A stretch of 64,000 nt of DNA from Octopus sinensis (Eukaryota), in NCBI RefSeq assembly GCF_006345805.1, contig NC_043018.1, forward strand, positions 22,940,001 through 23,004,000. Reading direction: 5' to 3'. Within the stretch, counting starts at the first letter, position 1, and each line of letters starts with the position of its first letter. This document shows, piece after piece, positions 38,519 through 52,044 of the stretch. The notes below the pieces were generated by a model. It ran no database searches and had not been told where the DNA came from. It saw only the letters and a list, made by a program, of their open reading frames with translations. The position numbers were made by a program, and so were the translations under genes.

Positions 38519-38916
38519 TGGCTGTGTGGTAAGTAGCTTGTTTACCAACCACATATGGTTCCGGGTTCAGTCCCACTGCGTGGCACCTTGGGCAAGTGTC
38601 TTCTACTATAGCCTCGGGTCGACCAAAGCCTTGTGAGTGGATTTGGTAGATGGAAACTGAAAGAAGCCCGTCGTATATATATATATATATATATATGCGT
38701 TTGTGTGTCTGTGTTTGTCCCCCTAGCATTGCTTGACAACCGATGCTGGTGTGTTTATGTCCCCATTACCTCGCGGTTCAGCAAAAGAGACCGATAGAAT
38801 AAGTACTGGGCTTACAAAAGAATAAGTCCCGTGGTCGAGTTGCTCGATTAAAGGCGTTGCTCCAGCTTGGCCGCAGTCAAATGACAGAGAAGTAAAAGAG
38901 TAAAGAAAGTAAGAGT
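38519..38916 (+). mobile_element. Family 1 SINE
   Basis: Near full-length copy. Confidence 0.9.
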
Positions 38917-40260
38917 ATGAAGGTTCGGCAATTTCTTAACTGAACGATCACAGAAGAATTATTTGTTTAAAGTGATCAAACGTTTGTGTAGACATAAGCT
39001 CACTCCCTCCCTCCATCAGATCAACATTACCTGTACAGGTGCGACAAGTGTCATATGTCAAGATGATCGCAGAACAATATGAAATGAAGTGCTTTGCTCA
39101 AGAACATAATGCAACGCCAGGGCTGGGAATTGAACCCACGATCTCGCAATCATGATGAGGGCAACACCTTAACCACTAAGCCTCTACTGTTCTTGCAGGT
39201 TTAGTTCCTGATGTGTTGCAATGCACCTAAGCACTGTATACCATAAATTCATTATATTACAGTTTCATCTGGTCATGTTTGGGAACCCAGACAGAATGTC
39301 TAACGATGGTTGTTTCTGAGAGGACATACGTGCGAACTCTACCCTCATAACCCTCCCAGAAATTGAATGGATAGATGGATAAGGATCCTTCCCGAGTCAT
39401 TCAGACTCATAAGGACCGGTTTCCCAGTTTCGGTGGCGTATATATATATTTCTTTACTACACACAAGGGGCTAAACCCAGAGGGGACCAACAAGGACAGA
39501 CAAAGGAATTAAGTCGATTACATCGACTCCAGTGCGTAACTGGTACTTAATTTATCGACCCCGAAAGGATGAAAGGCAAAGTCGACCTCGGCGGAATTTG
39601 AACTCAGAACGTAACGGCAGACGAAATACGGCTATGCATTTCGCCCAGCGTGCTAACGTTTCTGCCAGCTCGCCGCCCTGTTTCTCCTCCACTTGGACGG
39701 AACGTCGGTCCGTCGCAGGAGTACTCATTTTTGCCAGCTGAGTGGAGTGGAGCAAGAACATGACGCTTCGCCTTGACCAGGAATCGAAACTATAATCTTA
39801 CGGTCTTGAGTCCAACACCCTAACCACTAAGCCACGCGCCTCCACTCCCAGGAATAGTGGACAGAAAAAATGGATGAAATAGAAGGAAAAAGCGGCGAGA
39901 AATTACAAGGGAGATAACTTTGTAACTGATAGGCGGTAACTCGTATAACAGCGTATTTCAGTGGTTACTTCCCTTGCATTATCGGCGCGTTTTCAATTTA
40001 TTTCTTTTTAATCAAAGGTGATGCAGTGTTGCCTTTTGTAGCTCCTTTCTCTGGATTCACTTTGAATTTGTGTAAATCAATGGGTATTATTTAGTTATCT
40101 CACCCCCATTAAAAAATTGCCATTAAAAAACTGGGTTATCTCCCCACTAAAAAATCGAGTTCATGTGGCGACAAGAGATTGGATTAAAAGAGTTAGGTCC
40201 TTTCGATTCAATACTTCAACACATTGTTGACGTTTGGCCTCCTCAATAGGAATGGTAGTA

Positions 40261-40644
40261 TCTTTATATATAAAAGTGAGGTTGTGTGTCTGTCTCCTAC
40301 GATTTAGATTCCTAACTACTCCCACATTTTGCGGTGCAGTTTAACCAAAAGCGGGTATCTTATAGTCGTGATTCATATCGAGCCCTTCTGGGTATTAGCG
40401 CGCGTCTACGATTTAAAAAAAAAAATTTACCATAAATTTTTCCCATTTTTAATGCATTGTTGGCATATATAAGGGAAGCACCTCTCTAAATATTTATTAT
40501 TAAATCTCAGAACGTAAAAAGCTACAGTAACACCCCCCCTTTGTGGTTAACCATATTGAGATGGCTATTATACTTTACATCTCTAAAAATGCTTATATAG
40601 TTATTTCCCTTACAAACCCGAGCAACGCCGGGCGATACTGCTAG
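40261..40644 (+). mobile_element. Non-autonomous Helitron
   Basis: 5' TC after an A, subterminal hairpin cccgagcaacgccggg, and 3' CTAG before a T. A second copy lies at 54917-55307. Confidence 0.88.
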
Positions 40645-41497
40645 TTTGTTATAAAAATGTTATCAGATTTAGTGAGATGTTTGATTTTTTTCAGTTTTCA
40701 TGTTTATTAATTTTTTCAGTTTTGTATTATCAGATTCAAAATGATGTTTCATCCTTTCACTTTTTATGTTTATTAATTAAAAAAAATTTTTTTGTTTGTT
40801 TTATTGAGGGTTAAACAAATTTTTTTATTGAAGGAGATAACCGAAAAGTACCGATATTTATCATAAAACGGGGTGGGGGGAAGATAGCTCAATTTTTTCA
40901 ATGGGAGTGAGATAATAAAAAAGTACCACTCAATGGACGGATGGCAAACTCAGTGAGTTCGACACCTCTTGAACACGGATTTACAAAGGTATGAAACTAA
41001 GTACTGTAACATAAGACAGTAAATAAAATATAAGCGAATGTGAAGTTGTGGTGTGCATAAGATAAAGGATAGAACTCCTTCTCGAGTTATATTGACTCAT
41101 AGGGCCGGTTCCCCGGATTCTTTGGCATAGATATTGCCCTCTAGGACGCAAAACAGTACGTCGCAGGAATCCTTAGTTTTGCCAGCAATGTGAAATGAAG
41201 TGCTTCGCTCAACGACACCAAGTATCACTCGATCCCGGAATCAGAACCACAGCCTTACGACCATGTGTCCAACACCCTAACCACTAAGCCATGCGTCCCC
41301 ACCCCCATTGCATGTATTTTCTAAATAGATTTGTCTGCAGTATGGACGAAGTAAAATATCTTCGACCACAGTCAAACCGAACGTTTGTGATCGTAGGTTT
41401 TTTCAGATAGACTGGCAGACAAGCTGAGGCTGGCAGAAGCCGAGAGTGACGAAAAGAGACAGAGAGAGAGAATGAGAATCCTTTTAGCATTTAATCC

Positions 41498-41888
41498 GGC
41501 GCAATGGCCCAGTGGTTAGGGCAGCGGACTCGCGGTCGTAGGATCGCGGTTTCGATTCCCAGACCGGGCGTTGTGTGTGTTTATTGAGCGAAAACACATA
41601 AAAGCTCCACGAGGCTCCGGCAGGGGATGGTGGTGATCCCTGCTGTACTCTTTCACCACAACTTTCTCTCACTCTTACTTCCTGTTTCTGTTGTACCTGT
41701 ATTTCAAAGGGCCGGCCTTGTCACTCTCTGTGTCACGCTGAATATCCCTGAGAACTACGTTAAGGGTACACGTGTCTGTGGAGTGCTCAGCCACTTACAC
41801 GTTCATTTCACGAGCAGGCTGTTCCGTTGATTCGGATCAACCGGAACCCTCATCGTATGAACCGACGGAGCGCTTCCATCCATCCATC
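41498..41888 (+). mobile_element. Family 3 SINE inserted into an old piggyBac-type MITE
   Basis: Near-identical to 23520-23906 and ends ttccatccatccatc; MITE sequence continues on both sides. Confidence 0.88.
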
Positions 41889-43019
41889 AGGCCCTAAATC
41901 CTTCACCTGTTTTGTGTCCAAACAGGCCAGATCCTATCTCTTACACCTGTCCTACAATCTCATTCCAAAAGTAAACAATTACATCATCAACATCTCGAAG
42001 CTACAAGATAATTCATGATTAATTCAAAACTATGTGAATAAGCATTAAACTCGATGGATCTTTTTTTGTTTGGTTGCATCTGTGGAAATTTCAGAGTTTA
42101 GTGAAAATTGTAAAATTTCATGCTTTGATTTAATTTTCCTCGCTGAATCTCAAAATTTTTTCTAGAAAAGCTTTTTTTTTCTAAGAGGTTTAAAGTTTGA
42201 TCAGACAGCCAAACAGAAAAGATCCGACTTAACTGAGTAATGTGAATGCTAAATGGTTAAATGAACATCGGTGACTTAAGATTCGGCTTAACCTTGATTC
42301 ATACGCACCAAACAAACTTATGTAAATTTATCGTGTCTCGGGGATCATGAAAATAGAAATATACGTAATTAAAATATAGAAACTACGAAATGGGTTTAGT
42401 TTCTGTATATGAGTAATAAAATTAAATGAAATGAAGAAAAAGAAAGAAAAAGGAAATTAAACCTGAAAATAGATGTAATATTAAGCTAAAAATAATAACA
42501 GAGAAATTAATTTAATAATAATCGAGTTATGTTAAATATCGTTAATGTCCCGGGTTGTAATAAGACTTTGTTGTTTCTGGTTTCGTTGTTTCCGTTTTTC
42601 GTTTTATTCTTACTTTCCTGGGACACTGCAGACGAAAATAATTAAATAAATGAATAGATAAACATGAAAGAGTATCAAATCTCCTTGAAAGGAAGAACTT
42701 CGTTTCTTATTCTTTATTGACATATGACTGAGTACTTTACAAAATCGTAACCATGTGGTTTCAGGTTCAGTCACACTGCACCTTGGGCAAGTGTCTTCCA
42801 TAATAATACCGGACCGATCATTGCCTTGTGAGTGAATTTGGTACAAGGAAACTGTGTGGAAGCCCGTTGCATATATATATGCACATACACATATCACATC
42901 ACAGCACACCACCCACACGCCCATCCCGACATCTCCACACATACATACACACACACGTCCAGACCACCGGCCCTCTTTCACACGCACATACATACTCTCT
43001 TATACACACACGCACCTTT

Positions 43020-43318
43020 GTGTTGGGGGCACCTTCGTATTGGAAGTCACTTGACCCTGTTATCTCCCCTACTGTCCCTCTCGCGTCTGACCACTGTCCG
43101 AAGTCAGGACGCCATGCATAGACCGTTAGCTCCTACACGCATTTTTTTCTCTCCTTGTTTCTCTCCTTGTTTTTTTCTGTGTATCGTTCTGTCAAAGAGC
43201 GTAGGCTCGAAACGTAAAAGACTTTTTCTATTTCTATTCCTGAGCGCTATACTAATACATTTGTTTGTTTGTACTCCACCTGCCTTCGTCTTTTGTTTAT
43301 TTTCGAAAACTTTCCCTT
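43020..43318 (+). mobile_element. Probable Penelope-like terminal fragment of a second family, with a hammerhead-like motif at 43189-43220
   Basis: ctgtcaa-a-gagc-gtag-gctc-gaaa-cg-ta: hammerhead topology with a non-canonical 5' core. Confidence 0.4.
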
Positions 43319-43612
43319 TATATATATATATATATATATATCAATGTGAAAGATTTTCTGACTCAGGGAAAGAAAACCAGTCCCATGTTTTGAATGTGAT
43401 GAACTCATCTCGCCAGTCATTTACAGAAACTCGTCGGAATGTCTCAAGTTTAATTATAGCTAATTTCTAGCAGCTAATATGATATGTAATCGATGTCGTA
43501 GGGAAATATTCCAGTCGATCTGGATTCACTCAGCACATGAAAGAATATGATCAGTCTGCTGTGCAGAACGAGCGTCCGATGGCAGCACGGGAAAATGAAT
43601 GCCGTAGCTGCA

Positions 43613-43644
<32 letters not shown>

Positions 43645-43998
43645 ACTCCCTTGCTGGTTTTGAAGGGTCCCATAGTTACTGACAAAGAGGAAAGAAGAAA
43701 AGTCTCGGAAACAAGACAACTTTTTCGGAGATGATCATAATCGTCCAACCAGACGACAGCTATCGCGCGCGCGCGTGTGTGTGCGTGCGCGTGCGATGTG
43801 TAATGTGTGTAAATGTGTGTCGTATTACTCAAAACACACCAGGAGTGTACTTTCAAACAAGAAATCTATTTGAGTGCAGAGTGACTGATGTATTGGGTTC
43901 AGGGCCACGTAATTTAATATAATATTTAAACTAGTTGAATAAAGTATTTGAACACACACACACACACACACACACCACACACACACACACACGCACAC

Positions 43999-44042
<44 letters not shown>

Positions 44043-44564
44043 CTTTCATCTTTTATTCTCTACTTGTTCCAGTCGCAAGACTGAAGAATTTTTGAAGAAC
44101 TTTTTAATCGAATGAATCGACCCCAGCACTTGGTTTTATTTAAGGCTGTTACTTATTGTATCGGTTTCTTTTGCCTAACCACTAAGTTACGAAGAATTAA
44201 ACACACCAACACTGGTTGTCAAGCGGTGGTGGAAGACAAACACACATGCATTTATATACGATGGGCTTCTTTCAGTTTCCATCTACCAAATCTACTCACA
44301 AGGCTTTGGTGGACCCGAGGGGATAATAGAGGACACATGAGCAAAGCGCCACGCAGTGGGACTGAACCCGGAACCATGTGGTTGGGAAGCAATCTTCTAG
44401 CTACAAGATTTATTAGAATCTAGGCGCATCAACACGTGGGGCGTTAGATGTGACTAGGTACCATCGAAACAACCATTTTGTGTCACGTGTTGGTAGTGCA
44501 CAGCAGCTATGTACACACACACATATGTATATATACATACATACATATATGCATATATATCATA

Positions 44565-44613
<49 letters not shown>

Positions 44614-46420
44614 AGTGTGTGTGTGTGTAGGTATGTATACACATCGGTATCAAATCCAAAATAAACGTAGATTTGACTCATGGTTGGTCTCTGGTGTAGC
44701 GTGGGTATACAAAGAACAACATAAATGGAGTTTAAAATTCACTACAGCTGTTTCGGTAGCTTTTCATTGATGTATTCATAAATGACATCATAGCATAAAT
44801 CTGTCGTCCTCAGATAACAACATTTTAAACAGGTATAAACTAGCAAGCTGAAAGCTTGATGATGTCTTATTCAACAACCAACACGAATGAATAAGTGATA
44901 TTTTAATCAAGAACAATCGGATGTATAGAAAAATCAGAGAAGTATAACGGACTTCTGGGAGCAAAGAGGTCAAAACAACCTTATTATTTCAAGCAGTTAA
45001 GGCGAGGAGCTGGCAGAATCGTTAGCACACCGGATGAAATGCTTAGCGGTATTTCTTCTGTTTTTACGTTCTGAGTTCAAATTCTGCCGAAGTCGACTTT
45101 ACCTTTCATCCTTTCGGGGTCGATAAAGTATGTACCAGTGAAACACTGGGGTCGATGTAATCGACTAGTTCCCTCCCACCAAATTTGAGGCCTTGTGTCT
45201 ATAGGAGGAAGGATTATTTCAAGTAGTTATCTTAATTAGTTTATAGCCGTGAACCGGTGCGAAGAAATGTCAGGAAGCAGGCAGGCCGCGAAATTTTTTC
45301 CTCACGAGAGTTCCGGACCCCAGTAATGAACTCATTTGCATACAACTAATCAGAATAGAGCCACCTTTATCTTTTCTTCCGTTCTAGTCAGCACCGGGCA
45401 TTCCTTACACTTTCCCTCTCTACTGGCAGACAGCAACTTCTCCGTCCTATAACTACCTGTCGGGGAAACGAATAAATATATGTAAATAATATTTCTTCCT
45501 TTTTGGTGTTGATTCTTCGATGTTCCCTGGTTACTCCGACGTTGGCACAATAACACACTTGCCCAAGCTGAATTGCTGGGATTATTTAATTTTTTTCCAG
45601 GGAGATAAAACAGCCGACTTTGGGGGCAGCAGTAAGATAGAAAACGGTCATCACCATTCTATGCTGGTACACAAACATAAGTCACACCCGAAATTAGTAG
45701 CATCCCCGGTATTTGTGCAGCCCTGCCTCTCACCCTCTCTCCCTCTCTCCCACCCTCTCCTGTTGTCACATCCTGGACGTTCCACTAAATCTAGGACAAG
45801 CCGAGAGGTATCCATGATCGATCGGGACCAAGTAGGCACACCTAATTAGCGGAAGCATAGTGTGTGCTCCCAAGTCAAACTCGCTTGCGAGTGACGGTTA
45901 TGTTTTACACACACACACAACTACACACACATATATACACTCATATATGGAGAGAGAGAGAGAGACAGACAGACAGAGAGACAGAGAGAGAGCAGACAGA
46001 CAGACAGAGAGACAGAGAGAGCGTGGTGGGGATTGACTCTACGCAACAAATAAACAAACGATATAGTTTTACTTACCGTTTGTTCGCCGTCACCACTCTA
46101 CTATACAAGGCCTTTTTCTCTGTAATGTTCACCAAACTTCCAAACATCATACCAAGTGGGTGCGACAAGCGTATAATGTACCATTTTCTCCCAATCCCTG
46201 ACTAATATTCATGTTACATATCCACCACATTACGACGACATATTTCAAGGTTGTAAGCAATAGGAACCAAGGAACCAAGGAACCACCAAAACGTCACCTA
46301 AATAACAGGCCGTCACTAATGCTGCCTCCCAAATTTTCTGGACAAATGCGCTTATTAAAAGAAATTCACAATAACGTATCACAGATGTGTCTTATATGTT
46401 ATTTTGCACATATTTCAGTC

Positions 46421-47349
46421 CAGGGCCGGCCCGTGAAATTTTTTTCCACGCGAGTTCCGGACCCCAGTTATGAACTCATTTGCATACAGCCAATCAGAGC
46501 TCAACTATCAAACTAATTTATGAGTGCATAACAAGTGATGGGCGATAAGATGAGGTCACTTGGGTAAGGAATGACCATGCTTCTTTTCTCTTTTAATAAT
46601 GCTTGTTGTTTTCTGCGTAATTATTTGTACTCTCTTTACTCTCTTTTACTGTTCAGTCATTTGATGCGGCCATGCTGGAGCACCGCCTTTAGTCGAGCAA
46701 ATCGACCCCGGGACTTATTTTTTGTAAGCCCAGTACTTATTCTATCGGTCTCTTTTGCCGAACCGCTAAGTGACGGACGTAAACACACCAGCATCGGTTG
46801 TCAAGCATGCTAGGACAAACACAGACAACACAAACACCACACACACACACACACATATATCTATATATATACATATATACGACAGGCTCTTTAGTTTCCG
46901 TCTACCAAATCCACTCACAAGGCATTGGTCGGCCCAGGGCTATAGCAGAAGACACTTGCCCAAGGTGCCACGCAGTGGGACTGAACCCGGAACCATGTGG
47001 TTGGTTAGCAAGCTATTACACACAGCCACTCCTGCGTCTATGTGTTGTGTCTATTTGTGTTGTAGTTTACTTTGTAAAACAGTAAGGGGAGAGGGTTGCT
47101 AGCATATCACCCTCTTTCCGCATTTTCCCATCCACATCTTCGTCATATGGGGCCCTAACAAAATCTGATAGTAGGTATAGATGCAAATCTATCTAATAAA
47201 TCAGACATAATTTGGCGGTCTTGAGTTTACTTGGTAGAATGTGTTTTTAACTTGGCAACAAGATCAAGGTGAGCTCTGATTGGCTGTATGCAAATGAGTT
47301 CATTACTGGGTTCCGGAACTCTCGTGGGAAAAAATCACGACCGGCCCTA
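46421..47349. mobile_element. Long-TIR non-autonomous element (hAT Tip100-like termini) carrying an internal SINE
   Basis: ~80-bp imperfect TIRs starting cagggccggcc and ending ccggcccta; solo end at ~45279-45356. No TSD found. Confidence 0.6.
46628..47038 (-). mobile_element. Family 1 SINE nested in the long-TIR element
   Basis: Full-length copy in inverted orientation. Confidence 0.9.
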
Positions 47350-47703
47350 GGATTGCTGGCGCTCCGGGAAAGTTGAACTTCGACATGTACAAGCTGACGG
47401 TCGTGGAAATTTCCTTGTCTTTGTCACGCCCTCCTTGGCGTCCCCTAGCACATGGAGCCCCGTGTAACTGCCCGAGTTGCTGGTACCTTGAGCCGGCCTT
47501 GTTTCAGTCATTAGACTGCGGTCATGCTGGGGCACCGCCGTGAAGGTGTCTTTTTTAGTCGAACAAATCAACTCCTGTACATATATATTTCTTTAACCCG
47601 GGTACTTATTTCATCGGTTCCCGTAAACAAACCATCACCGGTGAAGGACAGACACAACACACACACACACACACACACACACACTGAAGTATAAGTATAC
47701 ATA

Positions 47704-47914
47704 CGAGTGGATGCTGAAAAGCTCCCGGCTTTTGGAAAAAGAAAATATAGGAGGACCAGTTAATTATGGGTTTTTTTTTTCAACATATTCCTCTCTCACA
47801 TTCACACTTATTACAGCGGTCCTTTAGCGGCCCCGTGAAAGAATTCAGAAGGTTGGGCCTCCAATCAAGCCTTCTGCATTACCGTTAAAGCCAGGAACTT
47901 TTCAGCACCCCTCT
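47704..47914. mobile_element. mariner-type MITE
   Basis: TA|cgagtggatgctgaaaagctcccggctt ... aagccaggaacttttcagcacccctct|TA; imperfect ~28-bp TIRs. Confidence 0.75.
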
Positions 47915-49013
47915 TACTCTCTTTACTCTTTTACTTGTTTCAGTCATTTGACTGCGGCCATGCTGGAGCACCGCCTTTAATCGAGCAACTCGACCCCGGG
48001 ACTTATTCTTTTGTAAGCCCAGTACTTATTCTATCGGTCTTTTTTGCCGAACCGCTAAGTGACGGGGACATAAACACACCAGCATCGGTTGTCAAGCAAT
48101 GCTAGGGACAAACATAGACACACAAACACACACACACGCATATATATATATACATATATACGACAGGCTTCTTTCAGTTTCCCCTCGTATATATTTATAT
48201 ATATTTACACACACACCACACACACACACACCACACACACACGTGCTCACGCAACCGACTTCTTTCTGTTTCCATCTATGAAATCCGCTCACAAGGCTTT
48301 GGTCGACCCGGGGCTATAGTGAAAGACACTTGCCGAAGTTGCCGCTCCGGGGATCGAACCCGAGACCACACTGTTGGGAAGCAACCTTCTTAACCACACA
48401 GCCACACCGGCAGCATTTCAAGTCCAGCAACGTTTTTGTCGCGTTTGCTCATGTATCGTTGTATCCGAATTCGTTTTATACAAATTTAGTTCTCTTTTAA
48501 TTAATGATTGCAATTAGTCGGCACCGAAACAGTTCTCTTTTAATTAACGAAGGAATTTATCAGAGCAGTTGTCCTCGAAACAGTGTTGGCGTACACGGGA
48601 AATTAACCGGAATAAATTGGTTTGTTGTGACGAAGAGGATGTGTTTAAAGCAGGCGTAAGAAACTTCTGTTTTTAGGACTGGGTCGCATGTGACATGGTT
48701 CATCACCAGGCGGGCTGCACTATTAAAAAACATTCAAGATCATTTTCTTTCGTTAGGCGGTACCATTCGGAAAGTCCCGCGAGCTGCAGGTCTTTTACAA
48801 ACGTCTACTTCACATTGGTGTGTGTGTGTGGGTGGGGGGTGTATGTGTGTGTGTGTGAGTATGTGTGTGAGTGTGTGGGTGTATGTGTGTGTATGACTAT
48901 GTGTGTATGTATATGTGTGTGTATGTGTGTACGGTATGTGTGTGTATATATGTATGTGTATGTGTATGTGTATCTGTGTGTGTATGTGTGTCTATGTGTG
49001 TGGTTGGTGTGTG

Positions 49014-49056
<43 letters not shown>

Positions 49057-50000
49057 TATGTGTGTGTGTGTGCGGAAGCAGGTTATTTTTTATCTAACCG
49101 ATGCTTGCTCCTCAGCGTGGTACCTTGTGCAAGTGTCTTCTGCTATAGCCCCGGGCCGACCAAAGCCTTGTGAGCGGATTTGGTAAACGGAAACTGAAAA
49201 AAAAAACACGTCATATATATATATATACGTATATATATTGGTTCTTTGTTTTATCGACCCCCCCCCCATCCCACCCTAGAAGGATTAAAGGCAAATTGAA
49301 CGTCGGTGAGATTCGAACTCAGAACGTAAAGAGCCAAAAGAAATGCCGCCAAGCGTTTCCTTTTTTACCCGGCCCTCAGATGATGCCGTCAAAGGGTCGG
49401 GGTCGCCTTCAAGCCACATGCAATTAAATAATTCTTTCCACCATGGGCACAAGGCCAGAAATTTTGGGGGAGAGGGGTGAGAAGTCGATTACATCGACCC
49501 AGAGTTCAACTGGTACTTATTTCATCGACCCTGAAAGGATGAAAGGCAAAGTTGACCTCGGTGAGATTTGAACTTGGAACGGAAAGACAGACGAAATGCC
49601 ACTAAAAATTTTGCGCGGCATACTAATGATTCTGCCAGTTCACAATTAAATGAAATAATAATTAAATACGTAATAATTAAATACAGTGCGATGTGGCCCG
49701 ATTCATCCAGAGGAGGGGGTGGTGGAAATACCTTATGTGAACCGTCTTTCGAAAACGACCTCCTATATCTGGAATAGGTACCGGCATTGGGATGGAGCTA
49801 AGGGGTGGGGGAGCTGAGGGGCACGTGCCTTCTCAAGAAAAGAAGTGCGCCCTTTTATATAATGTTATTAACCCCTTTTCTCCCAGAATTGCATTCCTTT
49901 CTGAACTTGTACCTTTCCATCGAATACTTCCTGGGACCACGGCTGCCGGATAGATAGTGAAGGCGCGTGGCCAAGCGGTTAGGCTGTTACACTCTAGATC

Positions 50001-50204
50001 TCTCTTTTACTCTCTTTTACTTGTTTCAGTCATTTGACTGCGGCCATGCTGGAGTACCGCCTTTAGTCGAGCAACTCGACCCCGGGACTTATTCTTTGTA
50101 AGCCCAGTACTTATTCTATCGGTCTCTTTTGCCGAACCGCTAAGTGACGGGGACGTAAATACACCAGCATCGGTTGTCAAGCAATGCTAGGGGGACAAAC
50201 ACAG

Positions 50205-50254
<50 letters not shown>

Positions 50255-50457
50255 ATATATATATAGATATATATATATATATATACATATATACGACAGG
50301 CTTCTTTCAGTTTCCGTCTACCAAATCCACTCACGAAGCATTGGTCGGCCCGGGGCTATAGCAGAAGACACTTGCCCAAGATGCCACGCAGTGGGACTGA
50401 ACCCGGAACCATGTGGTTGGTTAGCAAGCTACTTACCACACAGCCACTCTTGCGCCT
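50001..50457 (-). mobile_element. Family 1 SINE at the left junction of the hAT MITE
   Basis: Full-length copy flanked by atc/atc. Confidence 0.9.
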
Positions 50458-50459
50458 AT

Positions 50460-50660
50460 CAGTGCTTTTCAAACTTTTTGCTGGAGCGGAACCCCAAGGA
50501 AACATTCCACTGGCTCGGGGAACCCCTATGCAATAATTTAATAGTCTTATGCACACATATCTGCACAGGAAAATTAAAAATTACTGCCGATTTTAGCAGT
50601 TTTGTAACTTCTTGCGGTACCCCTGGACTGTACTGGCGGAACCCTGGTTGAAAACCACTG
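50460..50660. mobile_element. hAT (Charlie-like) MITE
   Basis: TIRs cagtgcttttcaaac / ggttgaaaaccactg. The 8-bp TSD ctctagat lies at 50661-50668 and at 49992-49999, the left copy displaced by a SINE. Confidence 0.82.
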
Positions 50661-51329
50661 CTCTAGATTGTGGGATCGTGGTTTCGGTTCGCGCATCGAC
50701 TGGTACGTTGTGTTCTTGAAAAAAGACATTTCATTTCATGCTGCCCCAGTCCACTCAGCCGTAAAGGAGCAACCCTGCAACGAACTGCAACGAACTGGCA
50801 CCCCGTTCCGAGAGAGTGTAGCAATTTCGGTCTCTTATACGTCATGGAAACTGGGGAACGGGTCCTGTGAGTTCAAGAACTTGAGACACTACCTTTCCAC
50901 GTGGAACCCCACCCCCCAAAAAAACATCATTGTGTATCGAAGAGGATGGAGACCAAAAAAAAAGTACGTGTAATTAACTATTATTATAAAACTTTGCTAT
51001 GTTTAAAGCTAATTAAAACTGTTTAAAAGATAATAAAACTACAAGTTTAATTAGTCACACGGTTCCATCACCAATAATTAAAAAAGACTATCTTAACTAT
51101 TGATGACGTAGTATGTAATTGCTACTTCTTAATCGGCAGAAATTTCAAGAACCGAGCGGGTACGTGTGTGTGTGTGTGTGTGTGTGGTGTGTGTGTGTGT
51201 GTGGATGGATGGATGGATGTGGTATATATATCTTGAGTAACCTTACTTTTATTTTTAAAAAGAATTCGAAATATCTCAGCGAGATTAAAAATCATTTAAG
51301 GAGGATTAGTTTGGGATCATGTTATCTCT

Positions 51330-51511
51330 TACAAGACATTACACACACACACTCACACTCACACACACACATAAACACACACACACACACACACACACAC
51401 AACACCACACACACACACACATTCACACACTTACATACATACATACAAGCATGTATATAACAACACAATTACTGCCACAGACACCGGCAAAACAACAAAA
51501 ACAACAACTAC

Positions 51512-51583
<72 letters not shown>

Positions 51584-51714
51584 TAATTGCAGCAGCACCA
51601 CTACTACAACCACTACAACTATTACTACCACCACGACCACCACCTACACTACCACCCCAATAGCTACTATTACTAGTACTATGATTAAAATTACAATAAA
51701 AATAGCTTCTTTTT

Positions 51715-51760
<46 letters not shown>

Positions 51761-51774
51761 TACTACTACTACTT

Positions 51775-51817
<43 letters not shown>

Positions 51818-51880
51818 TACTACTACTTCTACTACTACTACTTCTACTACTACTACTACGACTACTACTACTACTACTAC
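51330..51880. repeat. Adjacent (CA)n, (AAT)n and (ACT)n microsatellites
   Basis: (AAT)n at ~51513-51582 and (ACT)n at ~51722-51880. Confidence 0.95.
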
Positions 51881-52044
51881 AACGGCCACCAGGTGCACTG
51901 GGGAAAACTGAGGAAAAAGAGAGAGAGAGAGGGTGAAGAAATCTTTCGATTCTGATTTCCATTTTCGCTCGTTTCAAATATAATTGATTAATCCTAGGTT
52001 GTTGGTTTCTCCTTGCAGCTGAAGTTTTGGAGATTCATTCATAT

